In this document: positions 9,930 to 18,012 of the stretch, in pieces
Position numbering within the stretch: the stretch's first letter is position 1
How the letters are laid out: each line of letters begins with the position of its first letter
Assembly: GCA_050014095.1 (NCBI GenBank)
Contig: JBEKDZ010000003.1
Location: forward strand, 215,700 to 279,699
Direction of reading: 5' to 3'
DNA length: 64,000 nt
From: Dehalococcoidales bacterium
GTDB taxonomy: Bacteria > Chloroflexota > Dehalococcoidia > Dehalococcoidales > RBG-16-60-22
Made by a program: the position numbers and the translations under genes
Notes under the pieces: generated by a model
The model's input: only the letters and a program-made list of their open reading frames with translations
What the model was told of the DNA's origin: nothing
The model's database searches: none

Positions 9930-11477
9930 ATGAAAATACCGGACAGCTTGGGATTTATTTCCCACATACATAAAAAAGAAACTAAGATCACCCGAGAAGA
10001 AACAAAGGCGACTCCTGTGGAGGGCGTTCGACAACCAACAGATAAATCTGAAAAGGCCGATATTACCAACGTCACGGAAGCGCGGAATAAGCCAAAGACC
10101 TTAGGCGAGCTTAGAGCATCGGGTTACCGGCCTTTACCGATAAGGGAAGAGATGAGGCGCAATCTCATATCGATGATAAAGGCAAAAAAGCCCATCTTTA
10201 ACGGTATCATCGGCTATGATAATACGGTAATTCCACAGGTGGAAAACGCTGTATTGTCCGGCCAGAACATCATCTTCCTTGGTGAAAGGGGGCAGGCTAA
10301 GTCCCGCGTGATGCGCCTTCTCGTCGGCCTGCTGGATGAAGCTATTCCCATCATCCGGGGCTGTGAAATCAACGATAACCCCTTCTCACCGATATGTAAG
10401 TATTGCCGGGAAAAAGTAGCCAGTGAAGGAGATAAGACGGAAATCGTCTGGCTATCGCGCGAGGACAGGTACGGAGAAAAACTCGCCACACCGGACACCA
10501 CGATTGCCGACCTCATCGGCGATGTCGACCCTATTAAAGTTGCCGAAGGACGTTATCTTTCCGATGAGCTGACCATGCACTACGGGATTATCCCGAGGAC
10601 GAACCGCGGGATATTCTGTATCAATGAGCTTCCCGACCTGGCGGAAAGGCTGCAAGTTGGCCTGTTCAACCTGTTGGAAGAAGCGGACATCCAGATAAAA
10701 GGCTATCGCGTCAGGCTGCCGCTGGATATCGTCCTTGTCGCCAGCGCCAATCCTGAAGACTATACCAGCCGAGGCCGGATTATTACTCCGCTGAAAGACC
10801 GTTTTGGCGCGCAGATTCGCACTCATTACCCTGTTACGATTAAAGATGAAATAGCCATCGTCGAACAGGAATGGCAGCGGTTCAATGATGGAGACGTTAG
10901 TTTTTATGTTCCAGACTATGTCAAAGAAGTAATTGCCGAGATTACCCACCTGGCACGGAACAGCTCGGACATTGGCCAGCGCTCCGGCGTTAGCGTAAGG
11001 GTCTCTATCGCCAACCTGGAAACAGTTGTCGCTAATGCCATCAGGCGGGCTACCGTGCTTGGCGAAAAGCTGGCCGTGCCGCGTATCAGCGACCTTCCTT
11101 ATATCGTCGCCTCAACCACTGGCAAGGTGGAGATGGAAGGCTTCGAGGATAAAAACGAGCAAAAAATCATCGACGACCTTACAAAAAAGGCGGTGCTCAT
11201 CGTATTCAACCGGTATTTCCAGTTTGAAGAACTTGACCCCATCGTCAGGCAGTTCAATGGCGGTTTCAACGTCGAGACTTCGGATGGCATGAACGCAAAA
11301 TCTTATGTGCGTTACACAAAAGAGATACCCGGTATGGCCAAAGCGGTTAAAAAGATGACCGATGCGGAAACGCCGGAGATAGTAGCATCGGCCATAGAGT
11401 TTATTCTCGAAGGCGCGCATCTGAATAAAAGGTTAAACAAGACAAAGGTCGAAGGCAAGACAGTCTACAGGCATTAA
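9930..11477 (+). CDS. AAA+ ATPase, ChlI/MoxR-like (Mg-chelatase subunit I family)
   Basis: Walker A GERGQAKS (10281-10304). The Walker B region reads GIFCINELPDL. VASANPEDYTSRGRIITPLKDRF is typical of ChlI/MoxR sensor regions. Followed 2 nt later by a vWA gene. Confidence 0.75.
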   Translation: MKIPDSLGFISHIHKKETKITREETKATPVEGVRQPTDKSEKADITNVTEARNKPKTLGELRASGYRPLPIREEMRRNLISMIKAKKPIFNGIIGYDNTVIPQVENAVLSGQNIIFLGERGQAKSRVMRLLVGLLDEAIPIIRGCEINDNPFSPICKYCREKVASEGDKTEIVWLSREDRYGEKLATPDTTIADLIGDVDPIKVAEGRYLSDELTMHYGIIPRTNRGIFCINELPDLAERLQVGLFNLLEEADIQIKGYRVRLPLDIVLVASANPEDYTSRGRIITPLKDRFGAQIRTHYPVTIKDEIAIVEQEWQRFNDGDVSFYVPDYVKEVIAEITHLARNSSDIGQRSGVSVRVSIANLETVVANAIRRATVLGEKLAVPRISDLPYIVASTTGKVEMEGFEDKNEQKIIDDLTKKAVLIVFNRYFQFEELDPIVRQFNGGFNVETSDGMNAKSYVRYTKEIPGMAKAVKKMTDAETPEIVASAIEFILEGAHLNKRLNKTKVEGKTVYRH

Positions 11478-11479
11478 AA

Positions 11480-13501
11480 ATGGAAAACAATCGCTATTCA
11501 GAATGGGATGGCTCGCAGAATATCTTCGAGCCGGATGCCGATGCAATCATGCAGGAGCTACAGCGTAACCTGATGCATGACGGCGACCTGGCCGAAGCCC
11601 TGCGTATGATGCAACGTAACGGCCTAACAGATAGACTGGGGAGACGTTTGCCCAGCCTCCAGGAACTCATTAAAAGGCTGCGGCAGCGGCGGCAGGAACA
11701 CCTTAAGAAATACAAGCTGAACTCCATGATGGAAGACATACGTAAGAGGCTCGACGATATTATCAATACCGAACGGCAGGGCATACAGAACCGGCTGGAT
11801 GAAGCCAGAAAAAAAGCGGCGGACGGCAGCCGGGACCTCGACCCGGAAATGCAGGAAAGACTGCTCAAGAACCTGGAAGAACGCGCTTCTCAGAACATGG
11901 AGAAGCTGGAAGGCCTGCCCAAGGATGTCGGGGGCCGGATAAAAGACCTGAACCAATACGACTTTATGGACGGAGGGGCCAGGCGGCAGTTCCAGGAACT
12001 CATGGACATGCTTAAAAGAAATGCCATGTCTTCTTACGCCAAGGAGATGACACAGCGACTCAAGAACATGGACGCCAATTCTCTCGCTGCCATGAGGCAT
12101 TTCATAGAAGCCATCAACCAGATGCTGGAGGCGCGGCGGCGGGGAGAGGAGCCAGACTTCGAGGGCTTCATGAAGCAATTCGGCGATTTCTTCGGCGATA
12201 ATCCGCCTAAAAACCTTGATGAATTGATTGAACGACTACAGCAGCAGATAGCCCAGGCGCAGGCATTGATGGAGAGCCTTTCGCCGGCGGACAGGCAAGA
12301 GCTCCAGAACCTGATAGACTCCATGCTTGATGAGTCCACCAAATATGAAATGGCCAAGATGATGGCCAATATGGAATCCCTGTATCCCGGCTGGCTTGAT
12401 ACCCAGGGGTATTCTTTCAGCGGTGAAGAATCGCTCTCTTATTCCGAAGCTTTAAAGCTGATGGAACACCTCCAGAAAATGGATAAATTAGAAGAGCAGT
12501 TCCAGGATTCCCGATATGATGATTCTCTGGACGAGATAGATGATAAATTAGTGAAGGAGCTTTTAGGCGAAAGTACGGCAGAAGAGCTGAAAAGGATGCG
12601 TGAAATTACTAAAATGCTCGAAGATGCCGGCTACATTAGAAAAAACCGCGGCCAGTATGAGTTAACGCCGCGCGGCATGAGGAAAATCGGGGAAAAAGCC
12701 CTGAACACAGTTTTCGCCAGCTTAAAAAAAGACCGTACCGGCTCCCATAATATCAGGCAGCGCGGCACCGGCGGCGAAAGAATTGATGAAACGAAGAGGT
12801 ACGAGTTCGGGGATGACTTCGATTTACATCTTCAAAAGACCTTGACCAACGCCCTGCTACGCCGTCCGCAGGTACCGATAAAGCTTGATGTCCAGGACTT
12901 TGAGGTTTTCCGGCAGGAAGAGGCTACCCGCTCTGCCACTGTAATGATGCTGGATATGAGCATGTCCATGCGGATGGGCGGAAATTTTGAAGCGGCCAAA
13001 ATCGTTTCCATTGCCCTTAACTCCTTAATCGCCGGCAAATTTCCTAAAGATAGCCTGTATATCCTGGGCTTCTCGGCTGTTGCCCGGCGCATGACTCCGG
13101 AAGAGCTGACCTATATTAGCTGGGACGATTTTACGCCCTATACCAATATGCAGCATGGGTTTATGACGGCGAGGAAAATCCTGGCGAAAGAACGCGCCGC
13201 CAACAAACAGATAATCATGATTTCCGATGGCCAACCCACCTCGCATATTGAAAACGGGCAGATTGTCTTTCATTTGCCAACCACCCAACGCTGCATCGAT
13301 GTAACGCTAAGGGAAGTGAATAACTGTACCCGTGTGGGTATTGTCATCAACACTTTCATGCTGCCCAGCCATGACATATTCAACATGTTTGTTGACAGGA
13401 TGGCGCGCTTGAACCACGGGCGGGTCTTTTTCACCGAACCCGGTGACCTGGGCAAGTATATTATCGTTGACTATATCAACAATAAAAAGACGAAAATTTA
13501 G
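11480..13501 (+). CDS. vWA domain protein with a long charged helical N-terminal region
   Basis: C-terminal vWA with MIDAS DMSMS (12963-12977), then ISDGQPT. The N-terminal ~470 aa are E/K/R/M-rich and predicted helical. Classic partner of ChlI/MoxR ATPases. Confidence 0.75.
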   Translation: MENNRYSEWDGSQNIFEPDADAIMQELQRNLMHDGDLAEALRMMQRNGLTDRLGRRLPSLQELIKRLRQRRQEHLKKYKLNSMMEDIRKRLDDIINTERQGIQNRLDEARKKAADGSRDLDPEMQERLLKNLEERASQNMEKLEGLPKDVGGRIKDLNQYDFMDGGARRQFQELMDMLKRNAMSSYAKEMTQRLKNMDANSLAAMRHFIEAINQMLEARRRGEEPDFEGFMKQFGDFFGDNPPKNLDELIERLQQQIAQAQALMESLSPADRQELQNLIDSMLDESTKYEMAKMMANMESLYPGWLDTQGYSFSGEESLSYSEALKLMEHLQKMDKLEEQFQDSRYDDSLDEIDDKLVKELLGESTAEELKRMREITKMLEDAGYIRKNRGQYELTPRGMRKIGEKALNTVFASLKKDRTGSHNIRQRGTGGERIDETKRYEFGDDFDLHLQKTLTNALLRRPQVPIKLDVQDFEVFRQEEATRSATVMMLDMSMSMRMGGNFEAAKIVSIALNSLIAGKFPKDSLYILGFSAVARRMTPEELTYISWDDFTPYTNMQHGFMTARKILAKERAANKQIIMISDGQPTSHIENGQIVFHLPTTQRCIDVTLREVNNCTRVGIVINTFMLPSHDIFNMFVDRMARLNHGRVFFTEPGDLGKYIIVDYINNKKTKI

Positions 13502-13560
13502 GACGTTAACTTTAAAATTCACGGCCGGTACGGGGTACTGACAAACAGGAAGAGGAAACC

Positions 13561-14373
13561 ATGGCTAGAACCCAACGGTGGGCGGATTGGATGTTTCGCA
13601 GGACAGATGAGAACTTTTCTATCCTCGATGTCGTGAAGTCCGGTACCATCGATTTTAAGCTTGCTGGGCTATTATGGCTCTTGATGGAGCACCGGGCTTC
13701 GGTAATGGTGGCAGCCGGTCCTGTCTGGGCTGGAAAAACTACACTGTTTCACGCCCTGTTGGATTTTCTCCGTCCTGAAATAGAACAGGTCTCTTTACGC
13801 GGCTATGATGAAGATTTCAAGTCTTTAGGAAATGATAAACCAGAAAATACCTATCTCATTACCGAAGAAATAAGTAATCACAGTTATGAATATCTCTGGG
13901 GCTACCAAGTCACTAAAGCGTTCGAGTTACTGCCAAAGGGCTACGCCCTGGGAGGCACGATACATGCCCGCAACATCAGGGAAGTCGCCTATGTTCTAAA
14001 TGCCCTCGGAGTACCTTTGCCGCTAATTGCCACTCTTGGGGTTATCATAACTCTCCAGGTTACCCGCGGACGCTCTTACTATGATGAACCACTCCGCTAT
14101 GTGGACACGGTAAGCACCTTCAATATTACCAAAGATGGTCTGGTCGCTCAAATCCTGGTCACGCGACATTTACCGGATGAAAAGTTTATTTATACCCCGG
14201 AACAATTGTTGCACGATAATCTTTTTAATAAGTTCCCTATCAAGTATAGTTCTGTATCTTCAGAGATGGAGCTTCGCGGGCATTATTTAAGCCAACTCGA
14301 CAATAGGGGTGTATCATCCCGTGAAGAAGTAAGAAAAGCAATTTTGAAATATTATCAGTCGCGATTTTCATGA
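13561..14373 (+). CDS. P-loop NTPase distantly resembling the PilT/VirB11/GspE secretion-ATPase core (degenerate)
   Basis: Walker A GPVWAGKT (13717-13740). YLITEEIS and GGTIHARN line up with the IIVGEIR and sTiHA motifs of T2SS/T4SS ATPases. Only 270 aa. RBS GGAAGAGGA. Confidence 0.45.
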   Translation: MARTQRWADWMFRRTDENFSILDVVKSGTIDFKLAGLLWLLMEHRASVMVAAGPVWAGKTTLFHALLDFLRPEIEQVSLRGYDEDFKSLGNDKPENTYLITEEISNHSYEYLWGYQVTKAFELLPKGYALGGTIHARNIREVAYVLNALGVPLPLIATLGVIITLQVTRGRSYYDEPLRYVDTVSTFNITKDGLVAQILVTRHLPDEKFIYTPEQLLHDNLFNKFPIKYSSVSSEMELRGHYLSQLDNRGVSSREEVRKAILKYYQSRFS

Positions 14374-14427
14374 ACTATGTGGGTTACACTTTCTGACGAA
14401 TTGTGCAGCGTATAGTTTCCCGGTTAT

Positions 14428-14639
14428 ATGCTGGCGGATTCGGAAACCGTAGCTAAATACGTAGCAGACCTGCATGATTTACTTAACGAGAGCTCTTTTG
14501 CCGAGAGGAAATCCTTTGTCAGAAGCTTCATCAAAGAGGTTAAAGTTACTGGGGATGACGTGCTATTAACTTATACAATGCCAATGCTGCCTAGGGGTTT
14601 AACGGAGGAGAAATTGCCAGTTCTGCCTGTTGATACCCT
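14428..14639 (+). pseudogene. C-terminal remnant of a large serine recombinase-like gene, reading into the tRNA-Leu 3' end
   Basis: ETVAKYVADLHDLLNESSFAERKSFVRSFIKEVKVTGDDVLLTYTMPM resembles the C-terminal tail of recombinase-family proteins. No catalytic N-terminal domain lies upstream. The ORF tail (GGEGGTRTPT) is simply the translated tRNA. Confidence 0.5.
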
Positions 14640-14724
14640 TGGTGGGGAAGGGGGGACTCGAACCCCCACGCATTGCTGCACTGGATCCTAAGTCCAGCCC
14701 GTCTGCCAGTTCCGGCACTCCCCC
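14640..14724 (-). tRNA. tRNA-Leu (anticodon UAG), encoded CCA
   Basis: Manual cloverleaf: acceptor GGGGGAG/CTTCCCC, anticodon arm CTGGA-CTTAGGA-TCCAG, long variable arm, T arm GGGGG-TTCGAGT-CCCCC, discriminator A plus CCA. Confidence 0.9.
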
Positions 14725-14834
14725 GCGGTGGTGAGAATCACTCTCCCGTACTATAGCATTTTATATGGGCAGTCTCAAGTATATTTATCAATTAAATGCG
14801 CTCAAATGGTCCTTACTTATGATAGAAAAGGTGA

Positions 14835-14879
14835 TTGACAAATTTCTTAAGTTCTGCTATTATACCTAGAGTATCTAGG
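14835..14879 (+). promoter_or_regulatory. promoter plus palindromic operator upstream of the small membrane-protein gene
   Basis: TTGACA (14835-14840), 17-nt spacer, TATTAT (14858-14863), then the perfect inverted repeat CCTAGA-GTA-TCTAGG (14865-14879). Confidence 0.5.
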
Positions 14880-14938
14880 TATTCAACACGTCGCGGCAGC
14901 CCTACTGGAAAAACAACAACATTACAGGAGGTTAACAA

Positions 14939-15079
14939 GTGAAATTACTAAGTCTGGCAATCTGCTCACTGGGAATTTGGGTTCTATTAAGTGCCTTCGT
15001 TAGCGCCTCATGGGTAAGCATCGTTTTTGGCGCCATTACCGCCGTTTTGGCATTAGGTGCCGCTGGTACATCTAAATAG
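14939..15079 (+). CDS. small hydrophobic protein (46 aa, two predicted TM segments)
   Basis: Below the track size cutoff. GTG start 8 nt after AGGAGG. Sequence VKLLSLAICSLGIWVLLSAFVSASWVSIVFGAITAVLALGAAGTSK. Confidence 0.45.
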   Translation: MKLLSLAICSLGIWVLLSAFVSASWVSIVFGAITAVLALGAAGTSK

Positions 15080-15175
15080 CACCAACTATCATTTAATATA
15101 AAAACTGGCTGCCCCGGTAACTTTAAATTTATTGTTTTATTAACCTCTTGCAAATGCGTAACATCTTTGATAGTA

Positions 15176-15204
15176 TTGACATACATAGAGTATCTAAGTA
15201 ATAA
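15176..15204 (+). promoter_or_regulatory. promoter with a second copy of the TAGAGTATCTA operator core, upstream of padR
   Basis: TTGACA (15176-15181), 17-nt spacer containing CATAGAGTATCTAAG (15184-15198), TAATAA (15199-15204). Confidence 0.5.
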
Positions 15205-15227
15205 TAACCGTGCTCGAGGTGATTAAT

Positions 15228-15569
15228 ATGGAACCGAAACGCGATCTCTTAAAAGGAAGCTCTAACTCGCTGCTCCTTTGTTTGCTGGAGCGGCAGCCGA
15301 TGTATGGCTACCAGATAGTAAAAGAGCTTGAGGTGAGGAGCCAAGGGTATTTCAAATTTAAAGAGGGCACGCTTTATCCAGCCCTCCACCGCCTGGAAAA
15401 GTCCGGGTTGATAACCGGGAAATGGGAAACGTTGCCTAATGGAAGGAAGCGGCGTTATTATCTCATTACCGCTAAGGGGCAAGCCAAGCTCGCCGAGGAA
15501 CGAACGCAGTGGTTAGATTTCTTTACCGCAGTTAAACTGATACTTGAGCCTGAAGTTAATAGAATCTAA
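15228..15569 (+). CDS. PadR family transcriptional regulator
   Basis: MYGYQIVKELE...GTLYPALHRLEKSGLI...RRYYLITAKG is the PadR winged-helix signature. ATG 15228 follows GAGGTGA. Confidence 0.85.
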   Translation: MEPKRDLLKGSSNSLLLCLLERQPMYGYQIVKELEVRSQGYFKFKEGTLYPALHRLEKSGLITGKWETLPNGRKRRYYLITAKGQAKLAEERTQWLDFFTAVKLILEPEVNRI

Positions 15570-15582
15570 AAGGACAGACATA

Positions 15583-16488
15583 ATGACACTGGATTTAACC
15601 CAATATCTGGAGAGCATAAAAGCTGATGCCCGGCTGGAGCAACCCGACGAAACGGGAATTATAAGCGAGCTTGAAGCCCATATCGAAGATAAGCTCCAGG
15701 AACTCAGCGATGCCGGCCTGACAAAAGAAGAGGCTATGAAAACATGTCTCAGTCAAATGGGCAGCATCAAGTCAATCGCCCGACAGATATATGAGGCTTA
15801 CAGTCAAGGCAGCTGGAAACAGGTACTATTAGCCGCCATGCCCCACTTCCTTTTCGGGCTATTGTTCGTTCTTAACTGGTGGCACTATCCCGGTTGGTTG
15901 TCGCTGGTGCTGGTGCTCATTCTCGGGACGACGTTCTACGGCTGGTCTCACGGTAAACCTTCTTGGGTTTTCCCCTGGCTGGGATACACTATGGTGCCGT
16001 TAATCATCGTAGGACTGATGTTTCTTTATCTGCCTAAAGGATGGTCATTCCTGGCAATACTGGTCTATCTACCCCTGGCGCTCTGGTGGCTCTTCCGCAT
16101 TATCATTCTAAGTATCAAAAGGGACTGGCTTTTCAGCTCATTAATGCTACTGCCGATGCCGATCATCATCGGCTGGTACCTGGCGATATCACCATCGGGC
16201 GAATTATCTGAAGAAACTTTACAGCAGCTTTCTTATTTTGCCCCATGGATAGGATTGAGCTTTATGGGACTGGCGCTGACAATCGCAGTTTTCATCCGTT
16301 TACGCCAGCGTTGGTTGAGAATCAGCTTGCTGGCAGCATCGGGACTAACGACATTGATCCTGATTGTCTATCACTCGACTGGTTACGTGAATAATCTCGC
16401 CTTCCTCGGACTTTTGTTTATTATGTGGGGAGTATTGCTCATTCCCCCCATATTGGAAAGACGACTGAAAAACATCCGGGTGAAATAA
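15583..16488 (+). CDS. PadR-associated membrane protein (N-terminal helical sensor-like domain plus ~7 TM)
   Basis: The N-terminus LTQYLESIKADA...ELEAHIEDKLQEL...GSIKSIARQI is typical of proteins encoded downstream of padR. The remainder is polytopic. Confidence 0.6.
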   Translation: MTLDLTQYLESIKADARLEQPDETGIISELEAHIEDKLQELSDAGLTKEEAMKTCLSQMGSIKSIARQIYEAYSQGSWKQVLLAAMPHFLFGLLFVLNWWHYPGWLSLVLVLILGTTFYGWSHGKPSWVFPWLGYTMVPLIIVGLMFLYLPKGWSFLAILVYLPLALWWLFRIIILSIKRDWLFSSLMLLPMPIIIGWYLAISPSGELSEETLQQLSYFAPWIGLSFMGLALTIAVFIRLRQRWLRISLLAASGLTTLILIVYHSTGYVNNLAFLGLLFIMWGVLLIPPILERRLKNIRVK

Positions 16489-16489
16489 C

Positions 16490-17347
16490 ATGAGGCAGGT
16501 AGCCATCGTTACCGATACCACTGCCTGTGTACCCCAGGAACAGGTTATCAGGTATGATATCGAAGTGGTGCCGGTACCCCTGATAATTAATGAGAAGACC
16601 TACCGCGACGGGATAGACATCACGGCCACCGAGTTCTATGGGATGCTGCGTAACGCGAAGAAAATGCCGACGACTTCCGCCTCTTCTCCCGAACCCTATT
16701 TACAAGCCTACCGTAATGCGAGCCGCAAGGCACCCAATGTTCTTTGTTTAACGGAGCCGAGCAAGTTTAGCGCGATGTTCAACTCCGCCCGCACGGCCAT
16801 TGAAACAGCCAAAACCACCCTGAAAAAGGTAACCATAGAAGTTATGGAATGCACTACCGCCGCCGCGGGCCAGGGACTGGTGGCTCTAGCAGCCGCGCGT
16901 GCCGCCGCAGCGGAGAAATCCTTAGAAGAAGTTAAACAAATCGTTCGCAGCGTTATGTCAAGGGTCAACCTGTTCGCGACACTGGATACCCTGCGCTACC
17001 TAGCAAGGAGCGGGCGGGTGCCGCAAGCCGCGGCGCTGATTAATTCCCTCCTTAATATCAAACCCGTTTTTACGCTCAACCACGCCAGCCCCCGTACTGT
17101 ATCTCTCCCGAGGACGATGAAAAGCGCCATTAACCGCATGCTGAAGGAAATGGAAGACGTCGTAACTAAAAAACAACAGCTACATGTTGCCGTCATGCAT
17201 GCCGACGCCATGGAAGAAGCGATAACTCTGAAAGACATGATTTCAGCTCGGTTCGAATGTAAAGAAATATATATCACTGAGTTCACCCCGGTAATGGGGG
17301 TGCATACAGGACCGGGATTAGTAGGCGTAGCCTTCTACGAAGAATAG
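16490..17347 (+). CDS. DegV family fatty-acid-binding protein
   Basis: Start IVTDTTACVP, TSASSPEPY, the ending FTPVMGVHTGPGLVGVAF, and a length of 285 aa. Confidence 0.8.
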   Translation: MRQVAIVTDTTACVPQEQVIRYDIEVVPVPLIINEKTYRDGIDITATEFYGMLRNAKKMPTTSASSPEPYLQAYRNASRKAPNVLCLTEPSKFSAMFNSARTAIETAKTTLKKVTIEVMECTTAAAGQGLVALAAARAAAAEKSLEEVKQIVRSVMSRVNLFATLDTLRYLARSGRVPQAAALINSLLNIKPVFTLNHASPRTVSLPRTMKSAINRMLKEMEDVVTKKQQLHVAVMHADAMEEAITLKDMISARFECKEIYITEFTPVMGVHTGPGLVGVAFYEE

Positions 17348-17410
17348 AACCTCACCAAGCTCCTTCTCTGTCTAGCCAAACTAAACAAAACAATCTATAA
17401 TCAATATGTT

Positions 17411-17998
17411 ATGCATGCTCCACAAGTTATCACCGATGCTCACCGGTTAGCCAATACCTTTGGCACCCTCCCCGAAGCGGAGGCGCAACCTACTGCCATT
17501 ATCGTCAGCGGCTTGCCGGGAACCGGTAAATCATATTTTTGCCGTCGGCTGGCGGAGCGTTTGCCATTTGTTATCCTAGAAAGCGATGCCCTACGCAAGC
17601 AACTTTTCGCAACCCCAACCTATACGGCGGAGGAGAGTGCCTATCTTTTCCGTGCCATTCACTGTTTGATGGAAGACCTCCTCAAGAGAGGCATGCCTAT
17701 CATCCTGGATGCTACCAACCTTGCTGAGAAACATCGGGAACGTATTTACAATATTGCCGAACTTCTCAACGCGCGGTTAATTATCGTGCACGTAAAAGCG
17801 CCACCGGAGCTGGTGCAGAAGCGACTTAAACAAAGGATGGAAAGAAAAACCCCGCAGGATAATTCCACTGCCGATTGGTCAGTCTACCAGAAGATGAGGA
17901 CATCAGTAGAAAAAATCAATCGCCGCCATTTTACCGTGGATACGTCTAAAGATATTACCCTGGCAATTGAGAAAATCGTCAGAGAAGCCAACCGCTGA
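17411..17998 (+). CDS. AAA-family P-loop kinase-like protein
   Basis: Walker A GLPGTGKS, ILDATN, 195 aa. Confidence 0.6.
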   Translation: MHAPQVITDAHRLANTFGTLPEAEAQPTAIIVSGLPGTGKSYFCRRLAERLPFVILESDALRKQLFATPTYTAEESAYLFRAIHCLMEDLLKRGMPIILDATNLAEKHRERIYNIAELLNARLIIVHVKAPPELVQKRLKQRMERKTPQDNSTADWSVYQKMRTSVEKINRRHFTVDTSKDITLAIEKIVREANR

Positions 17999-18012
17999 AA
18001 GGAGACCTTTTA

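Noticed and set aside
14932-15186. An 84-aa minus-strand ORF between tRNA-Leu and padR.
   Set aside because: It overlaps both predicted promoters and the better-supported plus-strand 46-aa membrane ORF, which has AGGAGG 8 nt upstream. There is no RBS for the minus ORF.
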